64,000 bases of DNA from Gaiellales bacterium (GTDB lineage: Bacteria > Actinomycetota > Thermoleophilia > Gaiellales > Gaiellaceae), in the NCBI GenBank assembly GCA_038214705.1, contig JBBQRN010000003.1, forward strand, positions 99,853-163,852, given 5' to 3'. A program made the translations under genes and the position numbers. How positions within the stretch are numbered: the first letter of the stretch is position 1; each line of letters begins with the position of its first letter. Of the stretch, positions 56,469-64,000 are shown in pieces. The notes below the pieces were generated by a model. It was given only the letters and a program-made list of their open reading frames with translations, searched no databases and was not told where the DNA came from.

Positions 56469-57437
56469 CTACCCGGCGATCGGTTGCAGTCGCGGGTGGG
56501 TCTGGACGGGCGCGTTTGCCCTCGGAAGTACGAGGTTCTTCCCGTTCGCGGCGACGAACGCAGCCGCTGGCTTTCCCTTGCCCACGTAGGTGAAGATAAT
56601 CCGCTTGCCGTCCGGTGTCCACGTTCCCTGGATCGCGCGGGTTGGAGCTTTGAACTTCGTGATCGGACGAACGTTCGAGCCGTCGGCGCGCATCCGCCAA
56701 AGATTGTCGTCTCGCTGGAAGACGATCTCGTTCCTCGACGGGTGCCAGTCGGGCACGCTCGCGATCCACTTTGAGGGAGTGAGGCGGCGTACGCCACCCT
56801 GACCATCGGCTCGAACCGTGGCGATTGCGCCGCCGGTGATGACCGTCGAGTCCCAGTTGTCCGAGTCGAAACGGGCGATCTCGAAGACGAGTCGCTCACC
56901 ATCAGGAGACCACCGCGGCGCGAAGATGTACTCGTTCCCGGTGATCGTGGTCACCGAGCGGACATTCTTCGTCTCGACGTCGATCACGCGGAGACTTGCG
57001 CCCGCGTTCGTGTTTGTTTTTGGGTTCACGACCGCCTGCATGAACGCGATCGACTTCCCGTCTGGAGACCACGCAGGGTCTTGATGGTCGACGCACGGTG
57101 CATTGCAGGTCGTGAGACGGGTGAGGTTGGTCCCGTCCACGTTGACGGTCCAGATTCCCTGGAAATCCACGTCCATCGCGATTTGCCGGCCGTTCGGCGA
57201 CCAGTCCGGATGTTCCTGCCCGCCGGCGGGGATCAATGTGACGGCGTGGGCGCGGCTGCCGTCGACACGGGCGATACGGACGCGCCCATCACCCTGATAC
57301 GCGAGCCAGGGGGCGGGCAGCCCCGAGGCCGTTGTGCGGTTGGTGTCGGCGCCTCTCGCTGTACTCAGTCCTCCGAGCGAGGCTGCGGCTGCCGCGGCGA
57401 CGACGAGCAACCAGCCGATGCTCCTGTGCGATCTCAT
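56469..57437 (-). CDS. Secreted TolB-like (PD40) beta-propeller protein
   Basis: Signal peptide; HPDWSPNG, DPAWSPDG, APRWSPDG, VPDWHP, QGTWTPDG repeats. Confidence 0.88.
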   Translation of the reverse strand: MRSHRSIGWLLVVAAAAAASLGGLSTARGADTNRTTASGLPAPWLAYQGDGRVRIARVDGSRAHAVTLIPAGGQEHPDWSPNGRQIAMDVDFQGIWTVNVDGTNLTRLTTCNAPCVDHQDPAWSPDGKSIAFMQAVVNPKTNTNAGASLRVIDVETKNVRSVTTITGNEYIFAPRWSPDGERLVFEIARFDSDNWDSTVITGGAIATVRADGQGGVRRLTPSKWIASVPDWHPSRNEIVFQRDDNLWRMRADGSNVRPITKFKAPTRAIQGTWTPDGKRIIFTYVGKGKPAAAFVAANGKNLVLPRANAPVQTHPRLQPIAG

Positions 57438-57513
57438 CGTGTGTCCCTCCTGGGCGTGATCCGCCCCGGGGTTTGTTGGAGGCGGTACTTCGTGGCGGAC
57501 AGGTTCCGGTCTC

Positions 57514-58752
57514 TCAGGTGGCGTGGGTGGGGGTGCGCCAGGAGGGGGTTGCGCTCCATGGTCCGATGGTTCCGTAGATTTGGAGGTCGGTGAGGTGGGC
57601 AGCGTTGGAGCCGTCGGGGTTGACCACGACGAGGCCGTGTTCGCCGGCGATCGCGAGTTGGCGGCCGTTGGGTGACCAGATGGGCTTTCCGCCGCGTCCG
57701 CGGCCGCAGCTGAAGATGGTGGCGTTGGGTGTCACGTTTCGGCCGTTGGGTTGGATCATTTGGACGGTCGCGCAGCGGGATTGGTAGGCGATGGTCTTGC
57801 CGTTTGGTGCCCAGGCCGGTGAGCCGATTGCGGAGTTGGTCAGCAGCGTGAGGTTCGAGCTGTCGCGGTTGACAGTCCAGATTGAGCGGGCGGTGGGGCG
57901 CCTGCGGTCCATCCATGGCTCGAAGCCGGGGCTTTCGGCGCCGGTAACGAAGGCCAACTGTCGGCCATCGGGTGACCACGCGGGGGAGTGTGCGGGTGAG
58001 GCGGAGCCGGTCGCGAGGAGGTGGGGCATGGTTCCGTCGGCGTTGACGATTCCGATGGAACCGCCGCAGGCGTACGCGATTTGAGATCCGTCGGGTGCCC
58101 AGGCTAGGCCTTCGAACGTCAAGTAACCGGGCGTCCCTGCCGCACCATGCGTTCCGCAGGCGGGTGCCTTCTGAAGGTTCACGCCTTCGTGGCGGAGGAT
58201 GAGACGGTCCTCGCCGGTGGCAACGTTGATCACGTGAACGCCGAGCTGGGCATACGGCAACCCGAACGAGGTCGTCGAGATCGCAAGTTGGCGCCCAACG
58301 GGTGACCACACTGCGCTGATGGTTTCGCCGCACCAGGGGGCGGCGTCGGGGCAGCGGGCGATCGGGTGTAGATGACCCTTGCGCCCGACCGCTGCGACGG
58401 TGTACCAACCTTCTGGCCCGTACCCCGGTCGAACCTCGGGAAGCCGAGCGATCGTGATCAACCCTGCGACCGGGGAGTCTGCGATAGCGGCGGCGATACC
58501 GGGCTCCTCCCCCAAGTCCGCGCCTGACCCTCCGCCTCCCCAACCCATGACGCCAAAGACGGCAACGGCGACAATCGCGCTGACGAGCGCGAGGGCCCAT
58601 GCCCGGCGACGAAGTCTGGCCCTATGCCGTTCTCGCGCCTCCTCGATCAGCGCCTCTGGGTTGGCAACGGGCGTATCGGTCACCGGAACTGAGCTGTACT
58701 CAGTGATAGCCACACGTTCGTCGCGCACCTCGGGTGGAGCTGACACACTCAT
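57514..58752 (-). CDS. Membrane-anchored TolB-like (PD40) beta-propeller protein
   Basis: EALIEEARERHRARLRRR then TM; AVWSPVG, LAWAPDG, PAWSPDG, PAWAPNG, PIWSPNG repeats. Confidence 0.85.
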   Translation of the reverse strand: MSVSAPPEVRDERVAITEYSSVPVTDTPVANPEALIEEARERHRARLRRRAWALALVSAIVAVAVFGVMGWGGGGSGADLGEEPGIAAAIADSPVAGLITIARLPEVRPGYGPEGWYTVAAVGRKGHLHPIARCPDAAPWCGETISAVWSPVGRQLAISTTSFGLPYAQLGVHVINVATGEDRLILRHEGVNLQKAPACGTHGAAGTPGYLTFEGLAWAPDGSQIAYACGGSIGIVNADGTMPHLLATGSASPAHSPAWSPDGRQLAFVTGAESPGFEPWMDRRRPTARSIWTVNRDSSNLTLLTNSAIGSPAWAPNGKTIAYQSRCATVQMIQPNGRNVTPNATIFSCGRGRGGKPIWSPNGRQLAIAGEHGLVVVNPDGSNAAHLTDLQIYGTIGPWSATPSWRTPTHAT

Positions 58753-58781
58753 CTCGACACCACGATCATGATTAAGCTACT

Positions 58782-59141
58782 ATGATTAGCATTATAAGAA
58801 CTGTCAAGATCGATCGCGAAGAGCCACACGAGCTCCACGAGCAAGTCGCCGGCCAGATCCGCCGGGCGATCGCCGACGGTGAAGCCAAACCGGGTGAGCG
58901 CCTTCCTCCTGCCAAGGACCTCGCCGCAGAGCTCGGTGTAAACACAAACACCGTGCTGCGCGCTCTACGCGAACTGCGCGACGAGGGCCTCCTCGAGTTT
59001 CGCCGCGGTCGCGGGATAACCGTCGTCGGCACACCAGAACGCGGCGCCCTCCTCACACAGGCTCGGGAACTGGTCGAATACGCACGCCGCCAGGGCTATC
59101 GACCCGACGAACTCGCCCGCATCATCGAGAATCTCGGCTGA
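58782..59141 (+). CDS. GntR family regulator, YtrA-like (short C-terminus)
   Basis: LHEQVAGQIRRAI..PGERLPPAKDLA.ELGVNTNTVLRALRELRDEG; 119 aa; divergent from the propeller genes. Confidence 0.92.
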   Translation: MISIIRTVKIDREEPHELHEQVAGQIRRAIADGEAKPGERLPPAKDLAAELGVNTNTVLRALRELRDEGLLEFRRGRGITVVGTPERGALLTQARELVEYARRQGYRPDELARIIENLG

Positions 59142-59405
59142 GCCTCCCTTGAGGAATCCGAGACCGTCGACTGTAGACGCCCTGTACCGATAGGTACCCC
59201 TGCCCGAGCGCGCGGATGCACGTCAAACACGCGCCTGTACGAGCGTCTTCTGGTCTGACGCGCAGTTCTGCAAGGCTGCAAGCTAGGAAAGCCCTGCTAT
59301 TGACGCTTTACGTAGGTCGGGGTATTCCGTTCAAATCCTGCCCCCGCTATGATGGAAAGGCCTGCAAATGAGGGTCTTTTACGTTCCATGGGACGGTCGG
59401 GTCAC

Positions 59406-59612
59406 TCAGTTTGTACCCGAGTTTGTACCCGCCGCCTCGTCGACCGCCTCTGGGCGGAACAGGCCGTGCTCAGGCTCGAACATGCCGGCCTCTGCCACTT
59501 CGGCCGTGTTCGGGTAGCTCGTCTTGCTCGCATGGATGTAACGCTCCGTGGTCGACGCCCGCGCGTGCCCGGCCTTCGGCTGCACGAACATCGGCGGGAC
59601 GCCAGACGCCGT
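59406..59612 (-). pseudogene. Tyrosine recombinase (phage integrase) C-terminal relic
   Basis: GVPPMFVQPKAGHARASTTERYIH holds box II His and catalytic Tyr; faces the att repeat; in-frame TGA (VOC stop) just upstream. Confidence 0.75.
59408..59431. repeat. Tandem 12-bp repeat (arm-type site candidate)
   Basis: AGTTTGTACCCG x2, about 58 nt from the second att core. Confidence 0.6.
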
Positions 59613-59624
59613 TCGCGCGGGGCT

Positions 59625-60041
59625 TCAGGTTGAGTCGGGACGGCCGTCCTGTTGCACGACGTAGACGTTCCCATCGGGTCCGCGGAAGAAGAACCAGCCG
59701 AACCCTTCCATGCTTGGGTTGTCGAACAGTTCGTCGGCCCAGACGAGTTCGCCGATCAACTCGACCTCCGCAGCTGCGAGTTCTTGGCGTGCGCCGACTA
59801 TGTCGTCAACGGCGAAGGCGACCACCGTCCCTTCGCTCACCTCGGACGGGAAGACTTTCGTGTTCGCATGATCGGCGCCGAAGACCTCGATGAAGTCACG
59901 ACGGCCTGACGGGAGCTGGAAGATCGACCAGCCAGCCTCAGAGTGGACGCCGTCGAGCCCGAGGACGTCTCGAAACAACGACACCGTGGCGTCGAAGTTC
60001 CCGGTTCGAGTGCCGAGGAAGCAGATCCGCTTGACGTTCAT
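59625..60041 (-). CDS. VOC/glyoxalase family protein
   Basis: FRDVLGL, IEVF, VAFAVDDI..AR.EL, FFRGPDGNVY. Confidence 0.88.
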   Translation of the reverse strand: MNVKRICFLGTRTGNFDATVSLFRDVLGLDGVHSEAGWSIFQLPSGRRDFIEVFGADHANTKVFPSEVSEGTVVAFAVDDIVGARQELAAAEVELIGELVWADELFDNPSMEGFGWFFFRGPDGNVYVVQQDGRPDST

Positions 60042-60233
60042 GGTCCCTTCATACAGGAGCACGCGCCTCGCCCGTCCTCATGCATCATTCCAGCATCGCT
60101 GGCGCCGGCGATTCTTGTCCCTGCGCGGCGACTTGTTCGTTCGTCACGGCGATTCGCGCACGCCCTCTTGGTCGAGGCAGGGGGCGGGCCTGCGGGGTAG
60201 GGTCATCACCACTCGAACAAGGGGAGCCGGACG

Positions 60234-61214
60234 ATGATGGTTCATTCGCGGGTCGAGAGCTCGCATCTTGCCGGCAACTTGTTGGGAGATCCGAGCGAGC
60301 GGGATCTGTTCGTATATCTGCCGCCCGGCTATGAGGAGTCGGACCAGCGGTACCCGACGGCATATTTGTTGCAGGCCTACGGTACGACTGTCGCGGAGAT
60401 GGTTGACCCGCCAACGGACGGGGAGCGCTGGCGGCCGCCGATCGAGGACGTCCTCGAGCCCGTCTTCAGGCGGATGGGAGTGCCGCCGATGATCGTCGCG
60501 ATCCCGGACGGCTGGTCGCGTTGGGGCTGCGGTCAGTGGGTCGACTCGCCCGTGACCGGGAACTTCGAGCAGTACCTCATCCACGATGTCGTTCCGACCG
60601 TCGACGCGAACTATCGCACGATCCCGGCCGCGCACGGTCGAGGAGTGTTTGGGTTTTCGTCGGGAGGGTTCGGCGCCTGGAATGTTGCCTCGCGCAACCC
60701 CGATGTCTTCGCTGCGCTGGCCATGTTGTCGGGCGACTCGTTCCTGGACATGACCCACAAGTTCATGCCCTACAAGTACTACGACAGCATCTGGCCCGAG
60801 GCGCCCGACGGCCCTGTCGAGGGGAACATCTGGTCGGAACTCGTTTACGACTACTCCGCCACCTACTCGCCCAACCCGGACAACCCGCCCTTCTACGTCG
60901 ATCTCCCGGTTGCCTGGCCCAGTGGCGAGCTGATCCAGGACGTCTGGGATCGCTGGCTTAGTTTCGACCCGGTCGTCAACGTCCACGACCGCCTCGACAA
61001 CCTCCGAAAGCTGTCTGGCATCCTGCTCGACGCGGGCTCGAACGACGACTACAACCTGCACTGGGGCCACCGGCTCCTCGGCCACTACCTCGATCAGGCC
61101 GGCATCGCACACGAACACAGAGAGAACCCGGGAAACCACGGCGGCCGGGCAAACGAGCGCTACCAGGTTGCGCTGCAATGGCTGTCGCACGTCCTGCCCG
61201 GACCCAAGCGCTAA
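60234..61214 (+). CDS. Putative esterase (alpha/beta-hydrolase family)
   Basis: VYLPPGY..RYPT.YLL, GFSSGG nucleophile elbow, DAGSND, GNHG. Confidence 0.88.
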   Translation: MMVHSRVESSHLAGNLLGDPSERDLFVYLPPGYEESDQRYPTAYLLQAYGTTVAEMVDPPTDGERWRPPIEDVLEPVFRRMGVPPMIVAIPDGWSRWGCGQWVDSPVTGNFEQYLIHDVVPTVDANYRTIPAAHGRGVFGFSSGGFGAWNVASRNPDVFAALAMLSGDSFLDMTHKFMPYKYYDSIWPEAPDGPVEGNIWSELVYDYSATYSPNPDNPPFYVDLPVAWPSGELIQDVWDRWLSFDPVVNVHDRLDNLRKLSGILLDAGSNDDYNLHWGHRLLGHYLDQAGIAHEHRENPGNHGGRANERYQVALQWLSHVLPGPKR

Positions 61215-61318
61215 CCCTTGAGCTACGAATGCCAGTCGGTTCCGTAACAGTGGCCCAGTCCACTGATTTCCGTAGGTAGGTTGTCAGCTCCGGAGACGGT
61301 TTCCCGTCCCTCATACCG

Positions 61319-62512
61319 ATGCTCTTCGATCCTCCCAGTCATGAGCGGTTGACCGAGCGTCCGTGGGACGAGCCACGTGTGCGTGAGGCGATCGCGGCGA
61401 TTGCCGCTGATGCCGAGGCGGCGTTCGACGAGCTCTCGTTGTGGCCGGCGCACCCACACGACGAGGAGGTCGGGCCGCTTCCGCGGCTGGCGTCTCTCTA
61501 TCTTGGTGCTTCGGGCGTGATCTGGGCGCTTCACGAGCTCGAACGTGTCGGTGCAGCTGAGCTTCGCCGCGACTGGGCTCCCGTGGCGGAGAGTCTGGCG
61601 AAGGACTATCTGTCTCGCCCTGATTTCGAGGGGCTTGTCGAGGGCCCGGTCCCGTCGTTGTGGATGGGCGAGGCCGGGATACTTCTTGTCGCGCACACGC
61701 TCGCGCCGGCCGCCTGGCAGGAGGAGCGGCTGCTCGAGGCTGTTCGGGCCAATGCCGCGAATCCCTCGTGGGAGCTGATGTGGGGTTCGCCGGGAACGAT
61801 GCTCGCAGCGCAATTTATGGCCCGGCGAACGGGCGCAGACGTTTGGCGTGAGGCGTGGCACGAGTCTGCCGACCTGCTCTGGGCTGAGTGGCGTGACGAC
61901 CTTTGGCTGCAGGATCTTTACGGAAGCCGTGTGCACATTCTCGGGCCCGCGCATGGGTTTGCCGGCAACGTCTGGGCGCTGGCCGGCGGAGATCTCCTCG
62001 AGCCGACCCGCCGGACGGAGCTGGAGCGGCGTGCCGTAGCGGCGGCAGCCAGGTACGCGACTCGGTCTGATGGGCTGGCCCAGTGGCCGATGTCGCTCGA
62101 ACCACGCGAGGGGAAGTCGCAGGAGGTTCGTACCCAGTGGTGCCATGGCGCACCCGGCATCGTCACCTCGCTCGCGACGATTGCACCGCGAGACGAGCAG
62201 TTCACAGACCTCCTGGAAGCCGGTGGAGAGTTGACCTGGCAGGCCGGGCCGCTGGCGAAGGGGGCGGGTCTCTGCCACGGCACCGCCGGCAACGGATATG
62301 CCTTTCTGAAGCTGTTCGAGCGAACCGGCAACGCGCTCTGGCTCGAGCGCGGCCAGGCGTTCGCGATGCATGCAATCGAACAGGTCGAGCAGGCAACTGC
62401 CACCTACGGGCGGGGCCGCTACTCACTATGGACAGGCGACCCAGGCACAGCACTCTTCCTCCACGGCTGCCTCACCGCCACCGCGACCTTCCCGACCCTC
62501 GACCACTTCTGA
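61319..62512 (+). CDS. Stand-alone LanC-like (lanthionine synthetase C-like) protein
   Basis: GPAHGFAG, QWCHGAPG, LCHGTAGNG motifs; alpha/alpha-barrel GxxG repeats. Confidence 0.9.
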   Translation: MLFDPPSHERLTERPWDEPRVREAIAAIAADAEAAFDELSLWPAHPHDEEVGPLPRLASLYLGASGVIWALHELERVGAAELRRDWAPVAESLAKDYLSRPDFEGLVEGPVPSLWMGEAGILLVAHTLAPAAWQEERLLEAVRANAANPSWELMWGSPGTMLAAQFMARRTGADVWREAWHESADLLWAEWRDDLWLQDLYGSRVHILGPAHGFAGNVWALAGGDLLEPTRRTELERRAVAAAARYATRSDGLAQWPMSLEPREGKSQEVRTQWCHGAPGIVTSLATIAPRDEQFTDLLEAGGELTWQAGPLAKGAGLCHGTAGNGYAFLKLFERTGNALWLERGQAFAMHAIEQVEQATATYGRGRYSLWTGDPGTALFLHGCLTATATFPTLDHF

Positions 62513-62576
62513 CCGCGACCGTCGCCAGACGGGCTAAAGCGACTCCGACGGCGACCTGCGTTGGCTGGCTCGTGCT

Positions 62577-63371
62577 TCAGTCGCGGCGCCGCAGCCGAAG
62601 CGCGTGCAGATCTTCGGCCAGGATCGCTTCCGCGTTCCCGGGCATCGACTTCCAGTCGTCGGCCGCCGCGTGGATGTAGCGGCCGCTGAGCGCGTCGAGC
62701 GCGCCCGACGCGAGAAAGGCCACGAGCTCTGCCGTCAGCTCGGGCGGCGACCAGACGGACGCGTCATCCCAGATGTCGGCGAACAGCGGCTCTGTCATCT
62801 CGGTCTTCACCATGCCTGGTGAGATCGCGAAGGCGGAGACGCCGAAGGCGCGCGCCTCGGCCGCAAGTGCCTCGGTCAGTCGGACGAGCGCTGCCTTGGA
62901 CGCCTGGTACGCGGAGTCGATGCTTGCGTCCCAGTCCATTTCCAGACGAAAGAACGCCGCGTTCGACGAGACATTTACGATGCGCCCGTCGCCGCGCTCG
63001 CACATGCCGGGAAGGAACGCTCGCGAGCACAGGAACGGGCCGAGTAGATTCACTTCCACGACGCGCCACCAGGCGGCTGCGTCCTTCGTCCACGTCGCAC
63101 CGCCCACACCGCCAGTGCCGGCGTTGTTGACGAGAAGATCGATACGACCGACCTCCGCCGCAACCCGTTCGACGGCGGCGGCGTCCGTCACGTCGAGAAC
63201 GAACGGCAGCGCGCCCGTCTCTGCCGCTACCTCCGCAAGCGCCTCCTGAGTCCGCGCGACGATCGCCACACTCCAGCCGTCGGATACGAGCTTCCGCGCG
63301 ATCTCGGCTCCGATTCCACGCCCTGCACCGGTGACCAGGGCTGTCGGACGACGGCTCACTAGGTGAACCAT
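62577..63371 (-). CDS. Short-chain dehydrogenase/reductase
   Basis: TGAGRGIG, NNAG, YQASK; start may be 63359 or 63371. Confidence 0.92.
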   Translation of the reverse strand: MVHLVSRRPTALVTGAGRGIGAEIARKLVSDGWSVAIVARTQEALAEVAAETGALPFVLDVTDAAAVERVAAEVGRIDLLVNNAGTGGVGGATWTKDAAAWWRVVEVNLLGPFLCSRAFLPGMCERGDGRIVNVSSNAAFFRLEMDWDASIDSAYQASKAALVRLTEALAAEARAFGVSAFAISPGMVKTEMTEPLFADIWDDASVWSPPELTAELVAFLASGALDALSGRYIHAAADDWKSMPGNAEAILAEDLHALRLRRRD

Positions 63372-63457
63372 CTCACATACCCGCAGTCGGGTCACATTCC
63401 GTAATGCTGGCGCATGCGAGTTCTGGCTCGTCCCGGACCTGAGAAGATCGGCCGAGC

Positions 63458-64000
63458 ATGGAGATCATCGATCTTTCAGTACCGATCGTCGCTAGTCCGG
63501 CCGGGACGCCGGATCTGTTGCGCACCGAGATCGAGTTCGCCGACCATGCCGCGGGTGCGGATGCGATTGGGGATCTCTTCGGAGTCGGTCATGAGCTGCT
63601 TCGTGACGGCGAAGGGTGGGCGGTTGAGACGTTCACTCGCTTCGGCACGCACAACTCCACCCACGTCGACGCCCCGTACCACTACAACTCGACGATTCGC
63701 GGCGAGCCCGCGCAGACGATCGACCAACTTCCGCTCTCGTGGTTCTTCGCTCCCGGAGTCGTGCTCGACTTTCATGACCGTGGCGACGGCGATGCGATCG
63801 ACGTCGTCGACATCGAGGCAGCCCTCGAAACGACAGGGCATTTACTGCGTGAGCTGGACATCGTCCTGATCCGCACCGGACGTGACGCCTTCATCGACGA
63901 GCCCGACTACATGGCACGTGGACCGGGAGTCACTCCCGAGGCGACGCGGTGGCTCTACGAGCACGGCGTTCGCGTCATGGGGATCGACGCGTGGGGCTGG
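63458..64000 (+). CDS. Cyclase family (kynurenine formamidase-like) metal hydrolase, 3'-truncated by window
   Basis: Not in the ORF track; ATG 63458 opens MEIIDLSVP..GTHNSTHVDAPYHY..DIVLIRTG..MGIDAWGW, open to the window end. Confidence 0.88.
   Translation, partial: MEIIDLSVPIVASPAGTPDLLRTEIEFADHAAGADAIGDLFGVGHELLRDGEGWAVETFTRFGTHNSTHVDAPYHYNSTIRGEPAQTIDQLPLSWFFAPGVVLDFHDRGDGDAIDVVDIEAALETTGHLLRELDIVLIRTGRDAFIDEPDYMARGPGVTPEATRWLYEHGVRVMGIDAWGW

Larger units (their letters stand above)
56188..59349. mobile_element. Integrase-less genomic island integrated at tRNA-fMet
   Basis: 21-bp direct repeat GTTCAAATCCTGCCCCCGCTA at 56188-56208 and 59329-59349; cargo codon usage looks atypical; no recombinase inside. 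Confidence 0.85.

Noticed and set aside
61215-61318. Possible lanthipeptide precursor or element end between esterase and LanC-like gene
   Set aside because: No ORF with RBS and Ser/Thr/Cys-rich core; the repeated TTCCGTA is too short to call an att or arm site

Overview
High-GC actinobacterial chromosome segment. Gene content, gene order and short dispersed repeats suggest Thermoleophilia/Gaiellales; this is an inference. About 1-56 kb is mostly core genome: recG-rsmD-coaD-SepIVA-like-yceD-NUDIX-rpmF, a decayed plsX relic, acpP-rnc, smc-ftsY-ffh-rpsP-khpA-rimM-trmD-lepB-rplS-rnhB-yraN, htpX behind a riboswitch-like leader, an orphan DNA methyltransferase next to comM-dprA, an ApbE/ferric-reductase-like redox operon, pntAB, addBA-nth, trxB, rmuC, tRNA-Leu(TAA), gdhA, uxuA, def, a decayed vapBC and tRNA-fMet. 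From 56.2 kb the window is accessory. A 21-bp duplication of the tRNA-fMet 3' end (56188-56208 and 59329-59349) bounds an integrase-less 3.1-kb island carrying two TolB-like beta-propeller genes and a GntR regulator. A second element follows, starting with a tyrosine-integrase relic, then VOC, esterase, stand-alone LanC-like, SDR and cyclase genes. Strongest oddities: duplicated modules in both SMC coiled-coil arms, the tandem tRNA-fMet islands, the htpX leader RNA, a Zn-ribbon/AT-hook Lsr2-like mini-protein, an ApbE operon with no canonical FMN-binding substrate, and a palindromic repeat sitting in frame inside addA. No CRISPR array, rRNA or intact transposase/integrase was seen. Start codons were adjusted by eye where the ORF track is clearly over-extended.
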